Shown here: in pieces, positions 1 through 14,430 of the stretch
Numbering within the stretch: position 1 is the stretch's first letter
Layout of the letters: each line of letters begins with the position of its first letter
Translations under genes and position numbers: made by a program
Source: Phoronis australis
Lineage: Eukaryota > Animalia > Phoronida
Length of the DNA stretch: 64,000 nucleotides
Reading direction: 5' to 3'
Assembly: GCA_002633005.1 (NCBI GenBank)
Contig: NMRA01000684.1
Span: forward strand, 85,050 to 149,049
Notes under the pieces: generated by a model
What the model saw: only the letters and a program-made list of their open reading frames with translations
Database searches by the model: none
Told to the model about the DNA's origin: nothing

Positions 1-3000
1 ATAAGATTTCTACTTTACAATGTGATTAATAGACACTCAAAATGGCTACACAACGAGGTTGAAAGGCCGTGAATTATTCACGAAAGTAACAGCTAAAGAT
101 GAGTATATTTCAGTACAAAGCAGCTGAAAAACCAAAGCTTCATGTTGTAGTTTAGAGCAAATGCTCGGTGTTTTAGGAACACTTTACTGCAACACAGAAC
201 AGTGCAATAATGGTACAAAGAATCAGCAAGGAAACGAATCGTTATAATTAGGCTGAGGACGTATGAAATTCCAGTTTTAATCCACGTAGGAAAACAAATC
301 TGCTCTATCAATGAAGTTGAAAAGGTTTATTACAAGAGGCCTAGTATACAATTTTGTTGCATAATTGATTTGTTATCTCAGTATCACATGCTTGTTAATT
401 ATGTATTTATTCTCCGATAGTGTCCTGGCTGATAAATATGTATTCTAAACAAACACGTTAAATGAATATTTAGTCCAAGTAGTCAATTTCCAACTTGAAA
501 AGCAGTTGTTCTTGAGATTTTAATTAACTAGTAAGGGAATCTTTTCCGAACTTCAAAGTGTAAATAGGCAGCCAGGCTATTCGTCTGGATGATCAGCCCC
601 ACACATACACGGAGTCCGTACCCGACTAATTGGCAACTTTGATAGTGTGTACGAAGGATAATTTGAGGCCTCTAATATGTACGCCTTCCATGTATAAAAA
701 TGTGGAATACATTGAGTTGAATCTATCACAGTAATAATAGAAACGATTAGACCTAATCAGCCCAGAGAACAACAATCACTTTGTCAAAACGGGTTAATAG
801 CTAACTAAATTATAACAAATACACGTAATTATGTCTCATTTTCTACAATTAACACTTTAGCTATCATCAGTCGAAATGCCAGACTTTCAGCTGGCTCGAC
901 TGCGCATCTGAAATATGTCAATTGTGGCTTAGCGGGTGGTAACCCGACTGGTAATTCTAAGAAATCCATGATACTGTCAAATTACTGAAACTAATTGGTA
1001 GAATATATGTGTGTGTCTAGCATTATAATATCTGTAAAGACTGGCTTGTGAAGAGGTTTTGGCCCTGTGCTCCAAACTACTCCATGCATTCAACAGAAAT
1101 CAGACGAAACACCGGAAGCCTGCAAACACGTAATTTAAAAAGTTGCTGTTGCGATTTCGTGGCCAATTGGTATGATTCGCGATTATGCTCTCGACTACAA
1201 CCTCTTTCGTATTCCCTAAGACTAAATCAACGGGAAGTTTTATACTTGGATTTCGATCGCAATTAACACCGCAACAACGTGAGGTGCAGTCGCTCTGATT
1301 TAATTTATCAGTAACTCGAGCAATGGTCTTCGAAAGGAATTACGTGTTCACTTGGATTCAATTTGCAAACTCTTTTCAACGATGAATGATATTTCGTCGG
1401 ATATTTCCGACTTATGTGATGGTTCTAGATCTGGTTATGAGAAATCTTTACTTATTCAAGTACCGTGCTTGGCTTATGGTTACATGAAATATTCTCTTAG
1501 ACGTCATGACGATCCTCATAAGTAGGTAGCAAATCGCTATTGCAAAACACATTTTTTTGCAGTTGAGAAAATCTGCGACGTGCATATAAGAGTTGACGGT
1601 TGTATGGTGCATCAGCTTGCTTCAACATCACTGGGGCTGGCTCACGCACAGATTTCCTTCATTTGTTCGATGCCAATGCTTGTTCATTTTACGCTTATAT
1701 TCTGTTAGGAAATGTTTCCCGAAAGCTCCGACGTTGACCAACTGTAGGCGTAACTGAGATATTCTGCGAAAACTGCTTTATTGATAAAAAGAATATCATA
1801 CCTTTTCATTCTTGTTCTGGCTTAGTTAAAAACCACCACACATAGCAGGATACTGTTAAGGCGCTTATATTGGCTTGTTTTACCGTATTTAATACGATTT
1901 CTCATTCGGAGCATCGAGTAATCCAGCAACAAGCTAAGAGATTTCGCCACAGCGCGACCAACTTTGTGTAAATATAGGTCACGGTACCATATGATCCACA
2001 CGATTTCATTGATCAAGAAAACGGTATTTTGCAATACTAAAATGCAACACCGTGAATGAAAGCCGTGTTGTCCCAAGCGCCACAAACACATTTCATCACC
2101 ATTATCGAAATATCTTTAAAAACGCGAAAATATAAGAAAGTCAAGGCGCGTTAGTAGTTGTTGATCACGCTATTACGTCACTCGGGACAGCCAATGAGAC
2201 GCCAGGAGCTAAGTAATATAATGTGGCAATGTAGCATAATTAGTTTATCCCAAATCTCTATCTCACGCTCGAATGTGGTGCTTTTAGTATTTTAAGCGAA
2301 CGTATCTGCTTTGAAAACCTAGAAAATCAACGGATCATCCGATTGACGATGAAGTCCCCACGATCCAGTGGTACACTCGACATTAAGTGGTTCTAATCAA
2401 AAATGACTCTATTTTGTACTCTGGACTGTTCCGTAAGGCGGACACTATAGTGGGGCACTTGCATGTACTTCGAGAAATCGTCGCTCTTGGAACGGAAACA
2501 GAGAATTCAAACCCATAATTCAACATTCCGGTCTCGCCGATCAATCGCTCCACAGGCCTCCATTTAAAGCTACATTTCACCCGTTTAAGCTGACATAAAG
2601 CGTGACATAAAACCACGCAATGTGTACATTGCGGAGACGTCATTGAGCACTCACTTGTGAAGTTCTTGCTGACAGTTCTTCATCAATATTCCATTCGTGA
2701 TTGTTTGCATATAAATATTTGTGAAACAATTCCACAGTGCGCGCCTGAGTGGGCAATAACCCAGACGTGATATAGTATTTCACAAAACATTAACTGGATC
2801 ATTGTTTGACTTACTCCGAAATGTAATAACGTCGATAGGCCTACTGTAAACCTAGTCGGCAAGAAAAACAAACTACATAAAGATAAAATGGAAGTAAACC
2901 AGGTTTTGAAGATTTCCACCAATCCTCGATCTGCTGCCTGCTATTGCATCATTGGCGTCAATCGTCGAAGTCCATGTTAAACGCAGTAATCAATTAAAAT

Positions 3001-3199
3001 CTCATACTCCAACTTTGAACAATGTCGGCAAAACACAAACAGAAGTAACGATAATGAACCAATATTCTCGTTGTGACCTTGAAAATAATATCAAGGCCAT
3101 CAAATTCGACCGGCGGGTCTCGATGCCTTTGGTGCAAAATATGAAAAAAATACCCAAAAAACAAACGCTCTGCTTGAGCTAACGTGCTACACAAGGTAT

Positions 3200-3513
3200 A
3201 CTACACGGTTAACGGACTGCAAAACACCATGTCGAACGCAATAACACGATTCACATACACGTACAAGCGCTACTTACCCTGGAAGCCGATGAGTCCGTGA
3301 CCAACGTGTATTCGGCATGATTTGTCGGAGTGAACCGTGTTTGACTGTCCGTGTGACGTATTTCTAAGTGAATGTGAGTCCGCGGCCGTGTTTTGTGAGT
3401 GAAGTGTGTTGTAAGTCCGATCCCGTGTATTTGAGTCAGTGAACGGTGTTTTCAGTAAGTGAGTCGTGTTTTTGAGTCCGACACGGTGTTTTGCAGTCCG
3501 TTAGTAGTGTAGT
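3200..3513. mobile_element. MITE with ~35-bp TIRs and internal GTGTTTTGAGTCCG-like subrepeats
   Basis: ACTACACGGTTAACGGACTGCAAAACACCATGTCG versus CGACACGGTGTTTTGCAGTCCGTTAGTAGTGTAGT. Confidence 0.7.
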
Positions 3514-3865
3514 TAAGGCATCTTGTAACAACATCAGTTTGAACTAACGAGCGACGGGAGACAAAAACCGAAGCTTCCTTGCACATCAGTTGGAGGGATG
3601 TAGACACATGAGGATTAGTAGCAAAACAATTGAAATTTGAAATTCTGAATAATTATGATCTATGAATAGATGTAACTGACGAATCAGGCATGCAGGTCAT
3701 CAGACATAAGTGGCCATAAAAAATCTGAAATTTCATCACTTTCAGGATAATTGCATGCCTGCCACGGATTGAGTACATCGCCGTGTAAGGCGGAGTCGTC
3801 GGAACCGCAGATTTATTCAGCTCGACTAGCTAGGCACAGTGAAATGACACTTGTTAACTCCTTAA

Positions 3866-4640
3866 AGTACTTAAAATCACCAATTTCATACAAAAAACAC
3901 CAAAAGCCAATCCCACCAGTCGATCAGCTGTCAAATTAGAACGCCGGCAAAGACTATCTGACGATATGTTAAATAGTAGCTGATCTCGAGTTACGAGCGT
4001 TTACGTGTCGATACATACTGCATAGAATCGGGAGAACCAAACCCAGCATTAGTCATCTTTCATTGTGTTTAATGTGGGAAATCTTCAGGTATTACTGTTC
4101 GTTTTGCTGTGCTTTATGGTATAACAAAGAATGGCTAGGTTGATGGTTGTGACAACGCAGTATTTGAGCACGCTGTGGCTCTTTTCATTTTCCCCCGGGA
4201 CATCGGAGAAGCGAAGGATATGGCACAAGTTTGCACAAGCTTGTGTTGGTGGACATGACACACTGGCGCTGAGTACATTAATTGATCTATTGGCAGGATT
4301 TTGAGTGACGGCTTAAGTGACCACATAGAACTCCTCATTCTTGACACACCTTCGTTTCCAAGCCGCCATTTTACCCGACAAACAACACGTTGCCGGGTAA
4401 AACTTATTGTTTGTTAGTCGACATAAAGCAAGGCGACGGAGCTTGCTATAGGTCAAGTCGTAATACTCATCTCCGTTGAGCTAAGAAACTTTCAATTAAA
4501 GTCGCATTTCTTCAATTTTATCGTTTTTCGGACATGTATATAATTCACGGTTGCGATGTGCAATGCCATAAAGGAAGGTTTAACGATGTTGACAATGTAT
4601 TCACTTAAGTCACAACAAAGTCATTGTGGTTTTAAGCACT
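3866..4640. mobile_element. TTAA-flanked (Kolobok/piggyBac-type) non-autonomous element containing a nested MITE
   Basis: TTAA|AGTACTTAAAATCAC ... GTGGTTTTAAGCACT|TTAA. Confidence 0.55.
4281..4457 (+). mobile_element. ~175-bp MITE, copy 1
   Basis: Alignable end to end with 43421-43594; TIR about ATTGACCTATTGC. Confidence 0.75.
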
Positions 4641-7600
4641 TTAAAGCTACAGGCATTTAGGGCCATTTCGAAGGTCAAAAGCGTCAACACTATACCTTAT
4701 TGTTTTGACAAGTTCCGACAAGTTCCGGGGTATACGGAAATTGCCGTACAGATGGTTAACTTTCTCAAGACCATTTCTCCTACGAAAAGGCACCTTTTCC
4801 GTCAAAATTGCCCACAAAATAGTGCCTTCCTATTTAGCTCCCTACGAAAGGGCTCTTTTCAGATGTAATTCCCTACAAAAAGGTTCACCATGGGAGTTCA
4901 AGCTCTTCAAAAGGTTTCTTTTTCCAACTAGAAAACTGTATAGAAAGCTATTAATACCATCTTCTTGTGCCGTGTGTGGCTTAGTTGGTTAAAAAGACAG
5001 CTGTCCAATAATTAATACGATTGGGCAAGGTTCATTGAATTAAACCCTAACGGTGGTGTTTTCGGAACAAAACTCTGCAAAAGGGTGACATTTTGAAGAA
5101 AGTTCTCAACAATAACGCGTCCCTTTTTCGAGGGTACGTCGATTTATCGTGGTATTTCAGAATATTCTAAAGTGTTAAAGATTGTGTTTTAAGCCTAGGC
5201 AACGTCAGAGACACCCTTACAGCTTCGGCTAGGTAAAAGGACTTACCATCTGACTGCGAGCTCAAAAGCAAACTTCCGAACTTTTTCCAACTTCCTTCAT
5301 CTCCAAGCCATTAAAAACTTGGAATAAGATTAAAAGGACATTCCACCCACTCGGTCGCATTATAGTAACTTCTTTACGTGATCGCTGAAGTTATTCACAG
5401 ACCAATAAATCGCATAATCTGCTAAATGAAACAAAACTGACGCGCAGACGCACTTGTAACGCAGCAGAATACAAAGGCTTACAATTGCACCGCAACACGT
5501 AGCTCACGTGCAGCGATGGGAATGACGTCACAGTGGGACAAATCAGAGTGTTCATTAATAGAACAGGTTACTAATCTGCATTCACGCTGGTCTAAAAGTT
5601 TCGTCTTTCGGTTTTACAACTTTTCAAATCATCACAATTTACTGAACCTTTTGGGTTACCGCCTTATATTGGTAGCCTTTTCGACACGTGAATATGCATT
5701 ACAGGTCATCGTTAATTAACAATTTCAATTGTTATCTGTCAGCCCCATCAGGAACCCCATTTAATGCAGAAAAAAATTAGGGGGCGCTCGTTTAAATCAA
5801 ACCTAGTGATGTCATTAACCATTGACTTCGGAATTCAACGCAACCGTATTTTAATTAGATCCGGTCAGATTCTCTCCACATGAGTATTTTCGGACGAAAA
5901 CTTCATGGCAGAATCTTGTAATATCGGGTTTCAAAAGCAAAGACAAATGAACATTTTTTTTGATAATTGGGCTTCACTTCTTTTGCTTCTCGTAAATTGA
6001 GTGGACTCGTGAAGTGTAGGCGATTTCCACAACACGTTGTTTGGCAGTTCTAGGTGACCAGACACGTGGACGAGGCGGTCTGAGTCGCCATCTGGTGACT
6101 GTATCGGCAATACGACAGGAGCGAAATTCGTTGACATAGAAGAAGGTGTGCACCTACTGACAACATTGTTTTTCATTATTGTGAAAATTGAAGATGAAGT
6201 TACGTGGCTGCATAAATCAATTTATCGGATAGTTTTGAAAATTTTCAGGTCGACCTGCAAAAATATTCAAGCCTATATTGGAGACTTATGAAAGAACTGT
6301 GCAAAACTCAAGTCGAAAAATTATCTCTGAAATCCCTTTGTTTGTAACGATTAAGCGACTGTAAAGCGATTGTGCTTGTACATGTCCATACACATTTCCT
6401 ACCCATTAGAGTTAATTTTTGATCCTCTCATTCATGTTCTAAGTGAAATTAAAGTTCAAAGCCGCCGGTGATGGAACAGGATGAGGACCTGGCTTTCGCC
6501 TGATCACCAACTTATCTCCATGCAATAAGGCTTGCTGGCCTATAACATTTAATGCATGCATACATGTTCACAAATTCCTATTCTGCGCTACAGCAAAGTT
6601 ACCCGCATTTAATATCGAATATAGCAACACAAAATCAAACATTTTCACATTTAATCATACATGTGCAAATATGATTGACGGCAAAAGTGCAGTCACATGA
6701 CTCGATGTTTTATGTTAATGAAAAAATATGTCAGACGGTTCTGAGCTACTTATCACAATGGCAGGGGTAATTTGGGGTCAGTAATGCGTGACTACAGTTT
6801 ACTTCACGCTGAACCTTCTTTTCTACTACTGTCTACAATATAACTTCGCTCCATAATCACTTTATTAGCGTTTTTTCTTGACGTGGCTGAGTTCAACCCG
6901 ACCACGCGTCCCGTTCAGTACTGACGGCATGGCTTCCCTGGACTTCGAAAATTTTCCCGGTATTTCCTTGAAACTGTTCGTAGCACAAAACGTCAAAATG
7001 TTCGATGCAGACTTTTCGTTTTGTCGCTAGGTCTAGTCCTTATTTGCGGCCACAACTAATATATGCAATGCACGACTAGGTCAGACTAATGGGAACCCGA
7101 TAACGGCAGAACGTGGAAATGCACTCCGTTACAGAAAACGTTACCGTGACTGTTCAGCACGCGCGACTTCAGCATTTAATCGGCATTAGTTGGTGAGTTT
7201 GACCTTTGACTTGTGTTGCGATGTTTTGAAATAGGATTTCAAGACGCATAGTCTCATTAAATTATGAATATGCAAGTGAAGTACTAATTTATAAACAACC
7301 CCGGGTCCTTCAAAGTGCCGGAAACCATCCGAGAACCAGATAGCATTACAATCTCACAAAAGTCTCGTTTTGCGAGACTATTTTTATGTAAACCAGTATA
7401 GTAATATTTCATCGTTACCTTAATGAAACAAGGCGCAGTTTTTATTATTTGTTTATTTTATCATCAATTAACGATTGCGTAATATTTGGAATTACTAGAA
7501 TTTTCTATACGTTCACACGTGTTTTAAGCGTATCAGATGTAGTGTTTTCTGTAAAAAGCAATTTATTTACAAACTGTTTCTGTTCTCTAACCGTTTAAAC

Positions 7601-8446
7601 AAAAAATTCTTAGACGTACCCGTTTTTCATGGACGAGCTTCGTATCTAATGAGCATGGCCAGAAACACCCCGCGAAAATGTAAAATGTAACTTGTTCATG
7701 TAAACGGGTATGACAAGGACTCGTATATACTAATTTGTGTATGAAGTCTCACTGCTAATAAAAATGAACGTTGGGATAAAATAACATCTAACTACTGTAA
7801 GGCGCGTTTGAGATTTCATTCTAGTAGAATGTACTATTTTCAATTATTCTCAGTGACAGAAAACCCACCATTCCTTACGTCTCTTTTTAGCAGAGTTCAT
7901 CTGACATATACACTATGTACTATATATACATACACTATAACACAGTCATTTTCAAGACCCCTTTTCTTAATGGTCATATCAAATACATAAACAGAACGTG
8001 TCAGTATTTTCAGAAGTGCTAGCTTGAGTTGTATATCTTTAATTAACGCGGAAAGTTTATTACTTGAGTTGCTCCATTTGGGAAACCGATGACACGCCAT
8101 CAGATGTACTGCGTAGATAAAGAGCATTTTTCATCAATAAAATCAGCGTCTCCGTGAAAGGGTGTAAATCACCATTAACGTCAAATTCATTCAACAGTAA
8201 ACAAAAACGACTAGTTACGGCTTTGGGCGTTGCTTCTTCATTGTCACTACGACTTCACTACGCTGTACCGATAACGTGAGGTGACTGAAAGAAACCCACT
8301 CTAGAGAGCATTATGTGCCCTAAATGCGTATATCGTAATGTGAAAGTTGTCATTTGGGCCTAGCATAAACCACAAAGTCGCGGATCGGAGGCGCTTTCGC
8401 AGAGATGCCTACGGTTATTGTAGGCCAAATGCGACACAGGTCCTAG

Positions 8447-8710
8447 TTATTATAGTAATAATTCGCGATTTTTTTCAGTAATAATTCTTTAGCCAATCAG
8501 AAGCCAGGAATAATTACTGGAATAAATATCAATTACTGTAATGAATATTTATTACTGTAGTTATTCCTGGCATCTGATTGGTTTATTTATTCCAGTAATA
8601 AATATGCATTCCAGTAATAAATAACAATTACAGTAATCAATATTTAATATAGTAATTATTCTTAGCTTCTGGTTGGCTAAAGAATAAATCGCGAATTATT
8701 ACTGTAACAA
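8447..8710. mobile_element. Foldback/palindromic MITE
   Basis: Long imperfect inverted arms (TAGTAATAATTCGCGATTT...TTCTTTAGCCAATCAGAAGC versus GCTTCTGGTTGGCTAAAGAATAAATCGCGAATTATTACTG), with repeated AGTAAT units. Confidence 0.75.
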
Positions 8711-11700
8711 AAAGGAATTTTGCCACACTTGGCCTACCATGTTATCGTAGACCCATTCTTCCATCGCCCGAGATACAACGTTCCGTTTGAGTATCTTACA
8801 TGATGGAACTGTTTTAATTGCATGATATGATTTTTCGCACTTAAGACTGATTAAAAATCTGAAAAGATCTCGAATGAATTAACTTACAGTATAGTACTGA
8901 ACGTTAAAATATTTATGCACAACGGCTAGTGTTCATAGTAACTCAACATAAACACGTGCTACTTCGCCCGGGAGGCCCAAAACTGCTACAACATCACGGC
9001 CGGAAAACTAAAGTGATATTGCAGTGGGCTCTTGGATAGTGAGGTCATGTTGTCTGTGATAGTCGTTTCGTACAGTAGATATCACATATATCTTGTTGAT
9101 TCTGAGAGAAACTCCGTTAAAACGTTAATTATAGTTTAAGCTACAACCTGTGAATAGACCAATGTCAGGTAACAAAATGAATGCCGCACAACAGATGTGC
9201 ACCGCATCCCGTTTTCAACTTCTCTCTGTTGTATGTATTCGTACATGCAGTTTTCACACTTTCTGGGGCGCAGGACGTGTTATTCCGGGTGGCTAAATAA
9301 TTACTGTGTCTCAGCATTGGGACTCACACGACAGCACAAAAGTTGCTGCTGGTTTATTTAATATATAAAAACAGCAATTCCAGCGAGGTTGAAAATTGTG
9401 CGTTACGAAAGTGAAGCACTGTGGGCAAATACCGCACTTGCCCAGTAACACCTCATGATTTCGAAGGACTTGCTCAGGATGACGACTTCTCCAACAACTG
9501 CACGTGCTGTATGACGTCACAAATACCTTCATAAACAACGTCATACATATATCTTTACTATTGATCAATAGATCAAGAAAGGACGGGTGCGGATTTTCTT
9601 ATCCCAGATGCAAATTGTTTTACGTTCAACAGTTAATGGTATCGTTGTCTTAATTAATCAGTCTAGATGGAGTCGTAATGGATAGGGTCGAAATAATAAT
9701 GCATTTTAGCATGAAACGAATGGACACCCCGGCAGATCAAACGAGAGCACTTTACATTGATTTACGGATGTTTCGTGGAAACTTGAAGAAATACGTAAAT
9801 CTAGCGCAGATTTACACTTTGACTCTGCCCGTAGCTGTACAAACGTCTTAATTCGGAATCGATCTTTCTGGGCATAATTCAACCTGAACTGAAGTTGTAG
9901 TCGAAAACTTAAAATCTCCAATACTCGCCCACTACTTAAAGTGTCTATGAACCCCTGTTCTCTCCAAGAATGATTTTTTTATTTATACCACTTACCACTA
10001 CGGAAATGATCTAAACGAGTGACGTGATTTTTGGGTTTGAACTGCAAAGAAGTGACTGCTTGTTATTTCCCGAGACCATGCTTGGCGCATAAAATGACCC
10101 GCCGTGACAAGCTAACTTGCAGAGCCTGTTCTGAAGCAATCATCGCAACCAACAGTCAGATCTTTCAAATCCCTGAAATCGCCTCAAATTTGAGGAAGTC
10201 TCAATATGCGACCAATTGTACAACCCTTAAGTAGTATGGTGTCTGAATCCAAATTATTTTTCTTTGATGGAAGGTGGATTAAAAGGACAGATAATTCACG
10301 CCTTCTCAGTGTAAAAAACGATGTTGGTCACTTGCTGTTATAAAATCAGTCTCATCTCCATCCTTACTCTTGTTAGAAATGATTTCTAGACTTGACAAGA
10401 ACTGACGCTTCGTTATTTCTTCACTAGGCTCATGAAGTCTGCTTGTCACGGCGAGTTGGTTTCAGCGCGGCCAACGGAGTAGTTTGGTCGTTAGGGAAAC
10501 TTCGATTGTTATATTACAACCGATTTCAAATGCTATGAACACCAGTGACGTGGCTTTGGAAGAGTTGCCAATGTGAAGGCCGTTTTTGATTCCAGAACGA
10601 GTTTACAATTTCAGCATTTAAAAAAATTAAATATGAGCAGATAGTCCAACTGTTCGTGTTGTATTGAGAATTCAGATTTCACGCATCACACCAGTCTCAG
10701 CTGAAGGAATACACAGTGTTCAACTGCAACGACGTAACTGCAAACCATGAACAACATTTTGTTGACACGGATCCCCAGCATAAAAGTCAACACTACTAAT
10801 CACATCCGTTTGTGACTGGCACTTCTTGTGCCAGAAAACTACTAGTAATGCGCCGAAGCGATGTCCAACCGACACGGTGAAACGGACGGATTAAATGAAT
10901 TAAGCTGTTACACGATAGGTTCATAATTTGCTAATAAGTTATTTTTAAATCGACCCTCCGCCAAATGACATTTAAAAAATAAATACGTATAGCACAATGC
11001 ATGCTTCGGGCTGTGCAAGTGACTTGCATGATTTCCGAGTGTCTATTTTTGGTATTTACTCGGTTTTGTATTGTTTCTAAGGTTTACTGATGTTTAAGCA
11101 CTGAAAGTGACGGCCTTTTTGCTTTTTAACACTTGAGAAGCTGACATGACTAGGAAGTTTTCGTGTAGCAATTTACAAACTGCAGTTCATAAATGCCACA
11201 GTGAATAACAAATGTAAGGAATCGATTGCAATTCAAAGTCAATTCTTTAACAACAACTTATCACGATGAAGAAAATGGAAATTTATTTGCTTGTTTCAGT
11301 CATTATGACGTGATGACTTGACATTTGATCACGCGCTCAACCGGCGGCCGGTTCGATTTAATGTGAAGCTGTTCAATTAGCTAAGTTCATGAGCATGTTG
11401 ATGCCCACCGTGTATGCGCGTACTGAGGCCCTTGCGCTTGTACGTGAGGGTGTGCCTTTTTGCAAAACACTTGAGCAAGGCCCATCGCACAATTTTTTAA
11501 ATATAGTGAATCAAGCTTAACTTATTCGTTACAAAACGATGGACATGTACGATATTTGGCTTCGTCACTTAGACACATGTTGTCAAATTAAGGATTCTTC
11601 GATTCTTGAATCAAGGTGTCGTAATCTTGTGAAAATTCGTTCATGCAGATTTTACGCAGACGATAAAGGATTGTTGTCGACAAAGAATGTCCTTTAATAC

Positions 11701-14042
11701 TTATCTGTATTTTTATGAACAAGATTGAATTCAAATTTGAAAATTATCCTACTCTAAATATATCACGGCACGCTTTCGCTGTTCAAACCACAAACTGTTA
11801 ATATTGCAGTAGGCTGACACTTAAATATTGACCGGGCAGAAAGAGTGTGCCCTTGTTCTAATATCATTGAAGAAAAATACCATTTTCTTTTAAATTGTTA
11901 TACAATCATACCTTGAAATTAGAGAGACATATATGCACAAGTATTACTGCAAGTAACCTTCGCTAATAAATTCGCGCGCACCCGGGGGGGGGGAGCTCGG
12001 GAGGTTGAACGAGTTCCCCACTTGGCGAAGTGGGCAAAAAGGTTTGCCTCTGAGAAACAAAACTCCGAAAAAAGTAGAAAACGAGTCAAAAGTTAACTAA
12101 AAAGGCGTTTTCGCTGCACTGTTTTGGCAAGACCGCTTACTTCGAAGGATATACATGCACAGTGATGGGAGGCCTTCGTTTAGAGTCGCATTAATCAACT
12201 TTTTTGTAGAGCTTAGCGAACGTGTTTTGACTCCAAGTTCCGCTAAAAAACGACTCGGGTGGTGAGGAAATAAAACTCCTCGTTCGAGGTGCTACAAAAA
12301 ACGACTCTTTAATTCATGGACAGCTCGTCTTTCTGACTAAAACGCTGACGATTTAGCCAGGGAAACTGTGTCAGCGTTTTGTTGCCACTCTATGTGGACC
12401 TACATGTTGTATTTCGTCATGCAGTACATGACAAAGATTATAGACATGGTCACCAGTTGAAAAAATGGGGAACCCACATCACCACAGAAACGTTTTTCTG
12501 TCGGTGGAAATCTTTTGTAACAGGTTAGTAAAGGGTAATGCGTTTTGAAAAAAGTGTAATTGGTGCCTATAGTTGTAAACATGCACGTTTTGTGTAATAG
12601 TCATCGTAGGGCTAACCAGTATAATATGAGCTTGGGCGTAGACGCAAGAATCTCGCGAAAGGAGCTTGCGTGATCATGTCCTTCTCTTGGGTATACAGGG
12701 CGATATCTTGCGAAGTGCTACGTGACCTTGCGTTTTCTCGAGGGTTCTCGCGTCCCCGGAACGCGCGCCCGATTTTCACAGATGGATTCTCGTTAACTCG
12801 CGTTGAATACAGAGCATTGAAGGGTTCTGTTACAGTCGTTGCCGTTTCACCAGTGCACCTCTGTGTAAACGAAGATAATGGAGCAAACATTCAACAACCT
12901 TGAAAACCTACCATTAAAAGCAAATAGCTCTGAACTGACCTGTGAATTTAACGCGCCTGTTCCGAGGTATAATTCAAGTTTTAGAGAAGATATTCACGAC
13001 ATGGCCTACTAGCAGATGTGCATTTGTAGTTATGCGTTCGTTTACAAAACTGAAGTCATAGGTTTCGCTTGCGTCGTGTTAGCTCTGCCTAAATCGATTG
13101 AAATTAAAAAAGTAATTTCAACATAAGTATTACTTGGAAGTGTACAAAATCAACCTTTCCTGTTGCAGTTCTATACGAATGTTTCACGCACTAGTTTGTT
13201 TGGCTCCGACCGTAAGCCTATATGTGATACCAGAATTACGCACGTACTACTCGCTCGACGTGTTCTTAGAAAATTACAGGAATGTCAGTGCACGTCAACA
13301 GTTCATGACGAGATACGCGACCTTATAGATAGATTTTTGACTTGCTGAAAATCCCAATAATTCATCTAACACACGTATGATGACCAGCTTACTTATATCG
13401 GGTATCGCCTCTAAAACCAGGCAATTTTATGGCACGTGCGTGAACACGCGCCTTTGTACTGCAGTGGTTACCATCCGCCCGTGATCAGTTTAAACCCAAA
13501 GGTTAGCAAATCTAAAACTGCGTCGAGGATATTCGTTTCCGTACGAGACTCATTTCCAACTATGCGGCTGTCGATTAGGATTTAATGAACGGACCATAAA
13601 ATGTGATCAGCTCTCGACATTCATTAACTTTAACAAAAATACACCAAACGTTTTTGCCACGGGGTTAAACGTTCGCCCTGTATTTCCAGAGTAAATGTCC
13701 GAGTAAATGTCGGTTTCAATTAAAGCCAACGGGAACATAAGAATTCCAACCCCAAGTCTTTGTCGAAATTCAGAAGGATGTACAGTAACATTTCTGAAAC
13801 ATTTCCTATCCACATTCTTGGCTATTTTTTCAGTCTGTCGTTATTTTCAACATAGAACGCATTATTTATAAAACGGTTCATCAGCTTACTGGGTAGACGC
13901 ACATGTTTAATATTAAAGATAAGAACAATTTTGGATAAAAAAACAATAAAAAAGCACCTCATTAATAACTACATAAATATTGCACAGATAAATGCAACAA
14001 CTGACGTTGATAACATTGTTCCGTACTTTCGTTTCAACTCAC

Positions 14043-14430
14043 CTTTGATGAAACCCACGGCCTTATCAACACCGATAGTATCGCTATCACAGTCATCTTG
14101 TATGATAACTCCCAGTTTGTAGCCCTTCAAAAAGTTTGCGTCATTGTTTGTGAGATCTAGTGTATGGAGGATGGCTTCAACAACTTCTACCCCTCCGTGC
14201 GTCACCACGGGTCCGCACGTGAATGCGTCACTCTTTTCGTGCACGCGCACAATCACCCCCAGCATGACGTCTCCTTGAATTTTCACTTTCGTCTTCCTTG
14301 GCCAGTTTTGTTTGTCGTAAAGGCACTGGTCGCCATTGCTTTCAGCAATTTCGTAACGAACATTAGGGGACTGCCCTCCGACTGCCAACGACAATGAAAT
14401 GGCGAGGAGTTGAAGTAAGTATTTTTCCAT
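14043..14430 (-). CDS. First coding exon of a class C GPCR (metabotropic glutamate receptor family, mXR/mangetout-like): signal peptide and start of the Venus flytrap domain
   Basis: MEKYLLQLLAISLSLAVGG signal peptide; IQGDVMLG..VRVHE...CGP...GG...EAILHTLD..N...FL.GYKLG..I.DDCD.DT.G...A..FIK; strong phase-1 donor AAA G|gtgagt. Confidence 0.9.

Noticed and set aside
1-14042. Downstream exons of the class C GPCR
   Set aside because: No Venus-flytrap motifs (for example GVIGA.SS or PQISY.ST) were recognised; the short ORFs here look random. A strong minus-strand donor near 5246 has no convincing coding frame.
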